NCBI GenBank assembly: GCA_965202625.1
Contig: CBDBBI010000010.1
Span: 288,001 to 352,000, forward strand
Reading direction: 5' to 3'
DNA length: 64,000 nucleotides
Source of the DNA: a bacterium
Lineage (GTDB): Bacteria > UBA8248
Of the stretch, positions 33,758 to 42,763 are shown piece after piece; the first letter of the stretch is position 1; each line of letters starts with the position of its first letter. The notes under the pieces were generated by a model. The model saw only the letters and a program-made list of their open reading frames with translations. It ran no database searches and was not told the origin of the DNA. A program made the position numbers and the translations under genes.

Positions 33758-34177
33758 CGCATCTTCATCCTTTCGAGAAAGATGGGAGAAGTTTGTCGAT
33801 GGCTTTGGGCGTAGCGCTAATGTAGCAAATATGGGTGGATCCTGCCATGAACGCGCGTTTTGCGCGGCGGGTAAGGGGAATGCTGAAGCACCCACGGCCC
33901 TTGGGGTTGCGCGTTCGGTGGTGAAGGAGCGAGCGAATGCGGGTTTGCGCGCGCGTCCTCTCTTACGTCGAGACGGAGAGATTGTTGGTCTTGCGGGGGT
34001 GCGCTCGGTTCTCACATTGGAAGCCAAAGGAGCGTGGAACCTAGTCTCGTGTTCTTCTTCGCTCCAGCCCATTTAGGCACATCTTTGGCGGATATGCTTT
34101 CAGCCGCAGACGTGGTATTCTTATGCAGGCGTGGGTCTCCACCTCCGAGTTGACGCCGCAGTTGTTGCTCTCTTTCT

Positions 34178-34264
34178 GCCGGAGTGGCGGAATTGGTAGA
34201 CGCAGTGGACTCAAAATCCACCGGGGGAGACCCCTTGCCGGTTCGAGTCCGGCCTCCGGCACCA
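34178..34264 (+). tRNA. tRNA-Leu(CAA)
   Basis: Acceptor stem GCCGGAG/CTCCGGC plus ACCA; anticodon arm GTGGA-CTCAAAA-TCCAC; long variable arm; GGTTCGAGTCC T-loop. Confidence 0.98.
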
Positions 34265-34314
34265 GCGTGCCGGACCGTATATGAGGAAATACCCTGCGAG
34301 GTAGAAAAATCTTC

Positions 34315-35430
34315 ATGCGCGTCCCCCTCTATGACCTTGAAGCGCAAAACGTGCAGCTGAAATCGCAGATGCTGGCGGCAATCGAAAAGGTGATGGACCG
34401 CCAAGAGTTCATCATGGGTGAGGAGCTCGGCGCCTTCGAATCCGAGATGGCGGACTATTGTGGTGTAGCTCACGCCCTCGGCGTCTCCTCGGGCACGGAC
34501 GCCCTGCTGCTCGCACTGATGGCGAACGACGTCCACCCCGGAGATGAAATTATCACGTCGCCGTTCACGTTTTTCGCCACTGCGGGCGTCATTCGCCGTC
34601 TGGGTGCGAAGCCCGTCTTTGTGGATATCGACCCCGACACGTTCCACCTCGCTCCAGAGTGGGTGGAGGAGGCCATCACGCCGTATACGCGGGGGATCGT
34701 TCCCGTTCACCTCTATGGCCGCTGCGCACCGATGGCGGAGATTCTCGAAATCGCAGAGCGTCGTCAGCTCTTTGTTGTGGAGGACGCCGCCCAATCCGTC
34801 GGTGCGCGGACGAGCCTGGGTGCTGCAGGCGCGATGGGAGACGTGGGTTGCCTCTCTTTTTATCCGACCAAGAATCTGAGTGCGCTCGGTGACGCCGGCA
34901 TGGTTTTAAGCGGAGACGGCGGGCTGTTCGAACGGATGCGTAGGCTCAGGGTTCACGGCTCGCCTGATAATTCCACTTATTTTGAAGCGGGGGGGAATTT
35001 TAGAATGGACACGGTGCAGGCGGCTGTTTTGTCGATCAAACTCAAGCACCTGGATGTGTGGAACGAGCAGAGACGGGAAAACGCGCGAAAATATCAGGAA
35101 ATGTTCGCGGCCGGCGGCATCATTGGGGAGCGTTTCATCCCGCCGGCGATTCCCGGCGAGGGGCATGTGTTTCACCAATACGTGGTTCGCGCGCCCGATC
35201 GGGACGCGCTGTGGGAGTATTTATCTCGAAATGGTGTCGGGTGTGGCGTGTATTATACGCCTCCCCTGCACCTTCAGCCCTGCTTTGATGAATACCGCAA
35301 GGGGGATTTTCCAGAGACCGAGGCCACGGCGGCCCAGGTTTTGTCCCTTCCTGTCTATCCTGAGCTGTCCGACGCGGACCTGGAGATAGTGGCGGAGACG
35401 GTGATTCGGTTTTTTACGTCCTCTTCGTAG
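34315..35430 (+). CDS. DegT/DnrJ/EryC1/StrS nucleotide-sugar aminotransferase
   Basis: SSGTDAL, PFTFFATA, VHLYG, EDAAQ, SFYPTKNL and LSLPVYP motifs. Confidence 0.95.
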   Translation: MRVPLYDLEAQNVQLKSQMLAAIEKVMDRQEFIMGEELGAFESEMADYCGVAHALGVSSGTDALLLALMANDVHPGDEIITSPFTFFATAGVIRRLGAKPVFVDIDPDTFHLAPEWVEEAITPYTRGIVPVHLYGRCAPMAEILEIAERRQLFVVEDAAQSVGARTSLGAAGAMGDVGCLSFYPTKNLSALGDAGMVLSGDGGLFERMRRLRVHGSPDNSTYFEAGGNFRMDTVQAAVLSIKLKHLDVWNEQRRENARKYQEMFAAGGIIGERFIPPAIPGEGHVFHQYVVRAPDRDALWEYLSRNGVGCGVYYTPPLHLQPCFDEYRKGDFPETEATAAQVLSLPVYPELSDADLEIVAETVIRFFTSSS

Positions 35431-35846
35431 CGGCGAAAGCAGAATCCGTTCTTGAAGGATCAATCTATCCCCGTCAGAAGGGGGAATGCGCCCGCGCGGC
35501 GGGGATAGCGGATTTTGTTTTGCTCGAAGATTCAACCCTGCCCGCGCGCGATGAATTCTTCAACGCCTGGCGCATTCAGGGCGACGCGGTGAAAATCGAC
35601 ATGGGTGGCCCTGTCGCGAGAGCGCGATCAGATTCGCACCGAGCGAGCCGAGCGATAGGTGCAGGCCGACATTTAGAACGCAGCGCGCTATCGGCAGCGG
35701 CAGCGCCGGTATCCTCATCAAGCGCGAACCCTTCGACTTCGACGCCCCCTTCTAGCCGCAATAACCGCCGCCCTCGCCCCACAAAACCCCATAAACCATT
35801 CCGAAACACATACAAAGCACGTTTAGGTGGCGCGAGGATTTTGCTA

Positions 35847-36212
35847 TCAGCTTTTCAGAGTGAGGTAGAGGAGCGCCAGAAGGAGCCCTCCGATGCCGAA
35901 CCAGAGGATTCTCCCCTCCGTTTTGAGGTAACTCCGCCATTCCGTCTGATCGTATTCGGTGAACGATTTCCTGCGCGCGTCTGAGTTTTGGGTGCCGGTC
36001 ATTTCTTGGTACAAGTCTTTCTCCCGAGGATCATTCTCTCTTTGTCGCTGGCGGCTCTGTGCCGTCCAGTTCAAAAGGGCGAAATAAGAGAGGAAAACAG
36101 TGATTGCTAGAAGACCGGTGATTCGAGCGGCGATGTGATCGCCAAAAATCCAGCTTCCGATTCCCACGCCCAGAATGACGAGAAGAAAAACGGGGGAACA
36201 ACCCGTGAGCAT
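35847..36212 (-). CDS. hypothetical membrane protein (three hydrophobic segments)
   Basis: 121 aa ORF after a GGGAG RBS; two N-terminal and one C-terminal hydrophobic segments; downstream of plsY. Confidence 0.6.
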   Translation of the reverse strand: MLTGCSPVFLLVILGVGIGSWIFGDHIAARITGLLAITVFLSYFALLNWTAQSRQRQRENDPREKDLYQEMTGTQNSDARRKSFTEYDQTEWRSYLKTEGRILWFGIGGLLLALLYLTLKS

Positions 36213-36293
36213 GTTCTCTCCCATGCTTGTGAAAAGCGTCGATGAGCCACGCTTCACGAGACGGTTTATGGTTTGTCGTTTCTGGAAGAAGCC

Positions 36294-36902
36294 TTATCCC
36301 TTCTTCCGGCCGATGCGGTTCTCCTCCCCGCGCATTAATCGTCCGATGTTATCCTGGTGCTTCCAGATCACAAACGCCGATACCACGCTGGACAGGGCGT
36401 ACACCACGTTGGGGTAGCCCATCATGAGGCTCGCCGCTGGTGCTGTCGCCGCGGCGAGAATGGAGCCGAGAGACACGTATCGCGTAGAGGCAACGGCGAG
36501 GAGGAACACGAGGGTGGCGAGTGCCGTCGGCCCCGGAATGAGAAGCGCGAACGCGCCTAAGCCGGTAGCGACGCCTTTGCCCCCTCGAAAGCCCGTGAAT
36601 GGCGAATACATGTGGCCGAGCACCGCCGCTAGGGCGGCGACAGGTTCGAGGGCGGGGGAGGCGACGCGTGAGGTCACGTAGCGGGCGAAGAGGATAGCCG
36701 CGACCCCCTTGAGCGCATCGAGTGTCAAGGTGAGAATTCCGTTTTTCCATCCGCTTGTTCGCCAAACGTTCGTCGTGCCAATGTTGCCGCTTCCCGATTT
36801 TCGTGGGTCTGCAACGCCCAGAAATCGAGTGATCACCACCCCGAAGGGAATGGCGCCCAGGCATCCACCAATCAGGATGACGAGCAGAAAGGCGGGAATC
36901 AA
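36294..36902 (-). CDS. plsY: glycerol-3-phosphate acyltransferase PlsY
   Basis: GSGNIGTTN, DALKG, GHMY, FRGGKGVATG and KH..NI.RL..GEE motifs; TTG start overlaps the pgsA stop. Confidence 0.96.
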   Translation of the reverse strand: MIPAFLLVILIGGCLGAIPFGVVITRFLGVADPRKSGSGNIGTTNVWRTSGWKNGILTLTLDALKGVAAILFARYVTSRVASPALEPVAALAAVLGHMYSPFTGFRGGKGVATGLGAFALLIPGPTALATLVFLLAVASTRYVSLGSILAAATAPAASLMMGYPNVVYALSSVVSAFVIWKHQDNIGRLMRGEENRIGRKKG

Positions 36903-37507
36903 GAGAAATCTCGAATGATGCGCCCAAAATAATCGGTCGCAGAGATTACCGCTGTTATCATGGCACCCCAAATTAAGATGGTGCCCGAGGGGGGGAATAT
37001 GTCCAAGATCAGTAGAAAGATCGCCGGAACTTCCAGCCCCATCTTGATTTTCCCGAGCACACCCGCCGGCACCACTACGCCCTGGCGGACGGCCACGGCG
37101 CGCAGGGCAGTCACCAGAAGTTCTCGTCCCATGAGTATTCCCACGATCCAAGCGTCCACCCTTCCAAGTGACACTAGGGGAAGTAAAGCGGCGAGGATCA
37201 GCAATTTGTCGGCCACGGGATCGAGAATTTCCCCCAATGGGGTCACCTGGTTGCGCGTTCTAGCCAGGTGGCCGTCGAGCCAGTCCGTGAAGGCGGCCAT
37301 CACGAACAGGCCGGCCGCGAAGTATTGCGCGGGAGGTGAGCCTTGCAGCAGGAACAGGACGAACAGCGGTACCATCAGGATGCGGGTGAGGGTGAGCCTG
37401 TTGGCGAGTGTGAATTTTTTTCCCGTTCCGCTCGCGATGAGGCGCGAGGTCGCATCCCGCCAGCCGGCGGGGGAGGCGACCGGATTCTCTTCTTTCGCCT
37501 TGGACAT
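36899..37507 (-). CDS. pgsA: CDP-diacylglycerol--glycerol-3-phosphate 3-phosphatidyltransferase
   Basis: ANRLTLTRI, TDWLDGHLAR...VT..G..LDPVADK and GRE motifs. Confidence 0.95.
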   Translation of the reverse strand: MSKAKEENPVASPAGWRDATSRLIASGTGKKFTLANRLTLTRILMVPLFVLFLLQGSPPAQYFAAGLFVMAAFTDWLDGHLARTRNQVTPLGEILDPVADKLLILAALLPLVSLGRVDAWIVGILMGRELLVTALRAVAVRQGVVVPAGVLGKIKMGLEVPAIFLLILDIFPPSGTILIWGAMITAVISATDYFGRIIRDFS

Positions 37508-37509
37508 GA

Positions 37510-38493
37510 TTAGCTCAGATAATCATGCAGCGTTTGGTGGCTGCCCTGCGCGCGAAAGCGATGGATCACCTTTTTTTCGATTTGTCGGACCCTTTCGCGC
37601 GATAGATGGAGTTTGCGTCCGATTTCCTCAAGCGTCATCGCTTCTCCATCGAAGCCATAACGCATCCGAACGATGTCGCGCTCTCTAGGGTCAAGCTCCG
37701 CAAGGAGGTCTTCCACCTCCTCCTCAAGCAAATGTTGCGTTACGCTTGCTTCAGCAGAGGCGACGCTTCGCTCTTCAAGCAAGTCGAGATAGCTGGTGTC
37801 ATCCTCCGGAGAGAGCGGGGCGTCGAGGGAGAGATAGTTCTGGTTGGCGCGCATGAGTTTCTCGATGTCCGCCACTTTCATGCCCAGACGCTCGGACAAC
37901 TCGGAGGTCGTTGGCTCCCGTTCGAATTCCTGCCTGAGCTTCTCTCGGATTATGGAGATTTTGTGAAGAAGACCGGCCTGCTTGACGGGGAGCCTCACCG
38001 CATTCTTTTGCTCCGCTAGCGCGTGCATGATGCTTTGTCGAATCCACCATACGGCGTAGGTGATAAGCTTCACGCCACGTTCGGGCTCAAAACGTTTGAT
38101 CGCGTTGAGCAGACCGATGTTCCCCTCGTTGATCAAATCCTCAAGCGAGAGTCCAAAAACCTTGTAGCGGTTCGCCACGCTGACGACGTATCTTAAGTTT
38201 GAGCGGACGAGCTGGTCGAATGCTTTCTCGTCTCCCTTCCTCGCCCTGAGGGCGAGCGCGTGCTCCTCCGCGCGCGTGAGGATGGGGTGGGCGCCGATCT
38301 CGCTCATGTAGAGGGATAACGTGTCCGGGCGGGAAGAGGCGGACGTCTCCTCATCGAAATCGTCCGATGAGGAAGCGAGGACGGGTGTGTCGGCGGTTTT
38401 GCTTACCGGGGGGGAATCACCTGGCTTCATCTCGGGTGCGCCTCCATGCGCGGCAGATGAATTTTTGTCTCGAAGATCGCCGGCGCCAGGCAT
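37510..38493 (-). CDS. RNA polymerase sigma-70 family factor, group 2-like (no region 1.1)
   Basis: LVRSNLRYVVSVA, DLINEGNIGL, TYAVWWIRQ and TLEEIG..L.LSRERVRQIE motifs; start may be ATG 38430. Confidence 0.93.
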   Translation of the reverse strand: MPGAGDLRDKNSSAAHGGAPEMKPGDSPPVSKTADTPVLASSSDDFDEETSASSRPDTLSLYMSEIGAHPILTRAEEHALALRARKGDEKAFDQLVRSNLRYVVSVANRYKVFGLSLEDLINEGNIGLLNAIKRFEPERGVKLITYAVWWIRQSIMHALAEQKNAVRLPVKQAGLLHKISIIREKLRQEFEREPTTSELSERLGMKVADIEKLMRANQNYLSLDAPLSPEDDTSYLDLLEERSVASAEASVTQHLLEEEVEDLLAELDPRERDIVRMRYGFDGEAMTLEEIGRKLHLSRERVRQIEKKVIHRFRAQGSHQTLHDYLS

Positions 38494-38543
38494 TGAGGGT
38501 TACCCGAACCGGGCGGAGTCGCTTGGAGAAGCGGGGCGAGAGC

Positions 38544-39329
38544 TCACTTCCTGCCCGTGAGTGCGAGGAGTCTATCGTACGCCAGCGTGGCGTGTTGATC
38601 GTCAGGGTATGATCGTAAAAGGGAATGATAGACTTCCCCCGCCTTTTTGAAACTCTCCTCTATCCTGTAGCTCTCCGCGAGATTGTAGAGGGCTTCGGCC
38701 CGAACGTTGGGGACGTCCTTGAAATCCTGAATGATTTTTTTGTAGCGCGGAATCGCGGAGACGCGCAGATTGGTTTTGAAATAAAAGTTTGCGATGAATA
38801 TGGCGTGTTTGGCGAGGTGCTCTCTCAATTCCGCTATTTTTTGTTTCGCGTCGGCGGCGTACTCAGAGCGAGGAAAGCGACTCACGAGAGTTTGAAAGTT
38901 TCTGAGTGCGTCTTGCGCAACGGATTCGTCCTGGTCGATCTCCAAATTCCGCTGATAGTCACTCATGGCGAGGAAATAATACGCTTTCGGCGTTCCAGTG
39001 CTCACGGGATACAAACGCACGTATTCAGAGTATTGCAGCTTTGATTCAATATATTCTTCCTCGTAGTAGTACGAATCCGCTAGGCGCAGCAGCGCGTTCC
39101 TGCGGTGCTTGCTGTCCGGATATTCCCTCAGCAGACGCTTGAACGCGAGGCGTGCCGCCTCGAAGCGCTCAGCGCGCAAATCCTCCTCGCCGATGATCAA
39201 CAATTCTCCGGGCGATGCTTGCTTCTTCGGGAGCGAGACACACGCGCTCAGGATGAGAAGTAGACAAGCTAGGGAGAAAAAAATAAAAGCGGCATGAAGT
39301 ATAGTGCGAAGTGTAGTGCGATGGGGCAT
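38544..39329 (-). CDS. bamD: outer membrane assembly lipoprotein BamD
   Basis: Lipobox LSAC; TPR-like repeats (LADSYY, YP, DQ, FP.SEY, IANFYFK); start approximate. Confidence 0.88.
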   Translation of the reverse strand: MPHRTTLRTILHAAFIFFSLACLLLILSACVSLPKKQASPGELLIIGEEDLRAERFEAARLAFKRLLREYPDSKHRRNALLRLADSYYYEEEYIESKLQYSEYVRLYPVSTGTPKAYYFLAMSDYQRNLEIDQDESVAQDALRNFQTLVSRFPRSEYAADAKQKIAELREHLAKHAIFIANFYFKTNLRVSAIPRYKKIIQDFKDVPNVRAEALYNLAESYRIEESFKKAGEVYHSLLRSYPDDQHATLAYDRLLALTGRK

Positions 39330-39378
39330 CGTATTCTTTATCCAAAAAGTAAAATGGCGCTGCACGCCTCCAATCTGA

Positions 39379-39408
39379 ATCTTAGGAGAGCATCGGAATG
39401 GGTGTCAA
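39379..39408 (-). promoter_or_regulatory. putative sigma70 promoter for bamD-sigma-pgsA-plsY
   Basis: Minus strand TTGACA, 18 nt spacer, TAAGAT. Confidence 0.55.
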
Positions 39409-39421
39409 GAATCCCTTGATT

Positions 39422-41200
39422 CTAGCGGCGAATGATGAGCGTGTTTCCGGGAAAAATCTTCGCCGAGGTGTCCAGCTGGTTCCATAAGAGGAGGGATTTG
39501 CTTGAAACGCCGTATCGTTTGGCGATGAGCCAGATGTTCTCTCCCCGGCCGACGAGGTGGCGCCACGTTTTATCGTTCCCTGTTTTCCTGACGCGCTTTG
39601 CTTTTGTGAAACCCCTTTTGGATGGAAGGTGAATCTTCATCCCGACCCGTATGCGTTTTGGGCGGAGCTTCGGGTTGAGGCGAGTCAGTTGTCGGGTGGA
39701 GACGTTGTACTTTTGAGCAATTCGCCAGAAGCTTTCGCCTCGCTGGACGATATGCGTATTCGGGAGCTTCCCATTTCTCGGTGCGGGTTTTCGCTGGAGG
39801 ACTCTCCTGCTTCTTATGGGTTTGGGGAGAATCAACTTGGTGCCCGGTCGAAGCTTTCGGGGCTGGAGATGGGCGTTCATCTCCAGCAGGTTGGGCAAGG
39901 GAATTCGAAATCTTCGAGCGATGACGTCGAAAGTGTCGCCCCTCTGTATTCGGTAATGGCCACGCGCCACAAGATATTCCTTGGGCAGCCTCGCTAGTTT
40001 CGCGACGACCTTCTTCGCATCTCCATTTGGCAGAAAAATACGGTATCCCTTGATCGGAGGGGTGATGGAGGTTCTCAACTCCGCGTTGATTTCCCTCAAG
40101 GCACGCAAGGAAACGTTCGACACGCGGGAGATCTTTCTGAGATTGACGACGTTAGGGAGCAGGACGGTTTGGTAATCCCAAGGGGCGTCATAACGGACGC
40201 CCACGAAACCGAAAACCTCTGGGTTTTTTGCAATTATCATCCCCGCCAGGTATTTGGCGACATAGTGGCGTGTCTCCCTAGGCAGGTATCTTGTTCTGAC
40301 GAGCGACCAGTAGTCCTTTTTCCTCGATCCACGCATAGCTTTGAAGATGCGGTTCTCGCCCGCATTGTATCCGGCGAGCGCCAGGTGCCAGTCGCCAAAT
40401 TTGGCGTAGAGTTCCGCTAGGTACTTTGAGGCTGCACGGGTGGATTTTATCGGGTGCCGGCGCTCATCCACGTAGAAGTTGATTTTCAGCCCCATCATCC
40501 TCGCCGTGCTCGGCATGAACTGCCATGGACCGACGGCGCCTGCCCTGGAGCGCGCTTTGAGGCTGAAGCCGCTCTCGATCAGGGCGAGGTAAGCCAGGTC
40601 TTGTGGTAAGCCGCGTTCCCTCAAAATCTCGCGGAACATTTTGATGTAGCGTCCGCTTCTGCTCAGCCAAAGCGAGAAAGTAGTGCGTCCGGGGCCTGTG
40701 AAATACTCGATCCACCTGTCTACAATGGTATTGCGTACGACGGGTACGTCATACAAAAACGCCTTGGGCGCCTTCGCGGCCTGCTTTGGCAGAGGATCGA
40801 AATTTTTTTCGATTTCAGGCACTGGTAAGCTGATGTCGTGAGGGGAGGGAGCAGAATTTTCGTCCGCTTTCGCCTTCTCATCTCTTGCTTCTAGGGCGTC
40901 CGGCCGCTTTGCTGTTTGGACTGTCTCAGGGTTGTATCTTCCGGTTTTTCCGTCCTTCGCATCCTTGATGGGGGCGGCGAAGTTCGTGAAGGTCACGGCG
41001 CTTGGCAATTTTTTCTCACCTGGCCCGGGCGACCCGCCTTTGAGGGGAAAGGAGACGGGTGTCCGGGAGAGAACGGGAACTTGTACTCTCACCGATCTGT
41101 TTTTCTGTAAATCGCTCGGCGGAACCTCGTTCTCGACGACAGCCGTTGCGCTACAGCCTGTGGAGAGTATGGAGATGAGAAGAATACATCCTCGCCTCAT
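39422..41200 (-). CDS. mltD: lipoprotein lytic murein transglycosylase with three LysM domains (MltD-like)
   Basis: Signal peptide ending STGC; LALIESGF, GPWQFMP, YNAGE and ETRHYV motifs; three LysM repeats. Confidence 0.92.
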   Translation of the reverse strand: MRRGCILLISILSTGCSATAVVENEVPPSDLQKNRSVRVQVPVLSRTPVSFPLKGGSPGPGEKKLPSAVTFTNFAAPIKDAKDGKTGRYNPETVQTAKRPDALEARDEKAKADENSAPSPHDISLPVPEIEKNFDPLPKQAAKAPKAFLYDVPVVRNTIVDRWIEYFTGPGRTTFSLWLSRSGRYIKMFREILRERGLPQDLAYLALIESGFSLKARSRAGAVGPWQFMPSTARMMGLKINFYVDERRHPIKSTRAASKYLAELYAKFGDWHLALAGYNAGENRIFKAMRGSRKKDYWSLVRTRYLPRETRHYVAKYLAGMIIAKNPEVFGFVGVRYDAPWDYQTVLLPNVVNLRKISRVSNVSLRALREINAELRTSITPPIKGYRIFLPNGDAKKVVAKLARLPKEYLVARGHYRIQRGDTFDVIARRFRIPLPNLLEMNAHLQPRKLRPGTKLILPKPIRSRRVLQRKPAPRNGKLPNTHIVQRGESFWRIAQKYNVSTRQLTRLNPKLRPKRIRVGMKIHLPSKRGFTKAKRVRKTGNDKTWRHLVGRGENIWLIAKRYGVSSKSLLLWNQLDTSAKIFPGNTLIIRR

Positions 41201-41313
41201 AACCGAGAAGGTTTTTCCTTGGTTTTTCAATCGTTTTCCAATTCCAAAAGGACGGAGACAGCCATTCCATACTCGGAGAGAATAACAGCCATTGACGCGC
41301 TTGGTCAAATTGC

Positions 41314-42762
41314 TCATGCGCGGTGCTCGGACATGCGGGAATCGCGAAAGAGAGAGAGCTGGTAATCGTTCTGCTCGATGGAAATCGGATATATGCCGGA
41401 AAAACACGCCGTACAAAACGACGCTTCGTTCGGGCACACGCAATTCAGCAAACCTTCGAGGGACAGATAATACAGGCTGTCCGCATCCAGGAATTGCCTG
41501 ATCTCTTCGACGCTGTGCGAAGACGCCTTGAGTTCTGCGAGGGTGGGCATATCGATGCCAAAAAAGCACGGGTGGGTGATAGGAGGGGAGCTGATGCGCA
41601 TGTGCACTTCTTTTGCGCCCGCTCGTCGGATCATCTCGACAATTTTTTGGCTCGTCGTTCCTCTGACGAGGGAGTCGTCGACAACGACCACCCGCTTGTC
41701 CTCCAAAAACTCCTTCATTGGATTTAGTTTTAGTTTCACGCCGAAGTGTCGAATGGATTGTTCTGGTTCGATGAAAGTGCGACCCACGTAATGGTTGCGG
41801 ATCAGTCCCCATTCTAGGGGAAGGCCTGATGCGTCCGCGTATCCGAGCGCGGCGGCGAGTCCTGAGTCGGGAACAGGGATGACGATATCTGCAGCCAGGT
41901 TGTCTTCCCTGGCGAGGCGGGTGCCCAATTTTCGCCTGACGGCGTAGGCGTTCTTGCCGAAGACGAGGCTGTCCGGACGGGCGAAATAGATAAACTCGAA
42001 AATACATTGCCGATGCTGAGCAGATGGAGAATGAACGATACTCCGCATCCCGTCTTGATCGATCACGACCATCTCGCCTGGTGCCACTTCCCGGACGTAG
42101 TGAGCGTCAATCAGGTCGAGCGCGCACGTTTCACTCGCCAGCACCCAGGAATCGCTTTCGTTCTCTAGAGAGGGGAATTTGCCTAAAACTAGGGGGCGGA
42201 AGCCATAGGGGTCTCGAACCCCTATCAACGTATCCTCGGTCATCATCGTGAGCGTATAAGCACCCTCAATGCGCTGGATGGCCTCCACGATGGCGCCCTC
42301 GGTGGTTTTCTCTCCCGAACGGGCGATGAGATGAAGGATGACCTCGCTGTCCGTCGTGCTGCGGAATATGGAGCCGCTCGCTTCGAGCTCCTCGCGCAAT
42401 GCGCCGCCGTTGACGAGGTTTCCGTTGTGCCCGAGAGCGAGTGTTCCTTTCGCGTAGTTCACCAGAAACGGCTGGGCGTTTTTGATGTCGGATTGTCCTG
42501 CCGTGGAATATCGGTTGTGTCCAATGGCGATGCGCCCCCTCAGCTTGGAGATGCGATCTTGCGTGAAAACGTCGGCCACGAGCCCCATGCCAACCTCGCT
42601 GTGTGCCCTCTCTCCATCGGAGGCCACGATGCCCGCACTCTCTTGCCCTCTGTGCTGGAGGGCGTAGAGGCCGAGATACGCCATATTTGCTGCCTCTGGA
42701 TGCCCGTAAATCCCAAAGACGCCACATTCCTCTTTCGGGTGATCGTCGGCCCATGGAAACAT
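41314..42762 (-). CDS. purF: amidophosphoribosyltransferase
   Basis: EECGVFG, LQHRGQESAG, GHNRYST and VDDSLVRGTT motifs. Confidence 0.98.
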   Translation of the reverse strand: MFPWADDHPKEECGVFGIYGHPEAANMAYLGLYALQHRGQESAGIVASDGERAHSEVGMGLVADVFTQDRISKLRGRIAIGHNRYSTAGQSDIKNAQPFLVNYAKGTLALGHNGNLVNGGALREELEASGSIFRSTTDSEVILHLIARSGEKTTEGAIVEAIQRIEGAYTLTMMTEDTLIGVRDPYGFRPLVLGKFPSLENESDSWVLASETCALDLIDAHYVREVAPGEMVVIDQDGMRSIVHSPSAQHRQCIFEFIYFARPDSLVFGKNAYAVRRKLGTRLAREDNLAADIVIPVPDSGLAAALGYADASGLPLEWGLIRNHYVGRTFIEPEQSIRHFGVKLKLNPMKEFLEDKRVVVVDDSLVRGTTSQKIVEMIRRAGAKEVHMRISSPPITHPCFFGIDMPTLAELKASSHSVEEIRQFLDADSLYYLSLEGLLNCVCPNEASFCTACFSGIYPISIEQNDYQLSLFRDSRMSEHRA

Positions 42763-42763
42763 T

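Noticed and set aside
33760-34170. Possible GNAT-like remnant (DGEIVG) or N-terminal extension of the cyclase ORF
   Set aside because: Only one short motif; the region is adequately explained as a divergent promoter gap.
34178-34320. tRNA-Leu as an integration site
   Set aside because: No integrase nearby, and I saw no duplicated tRNA 3' end in the window.
41201-42007. N-terminal 268-aa extension of the 861-aa mltD ORF
   Set aside because: Overlaps purF in another frame; a lipoprotein signal at ATG 41200 marks the likely start.
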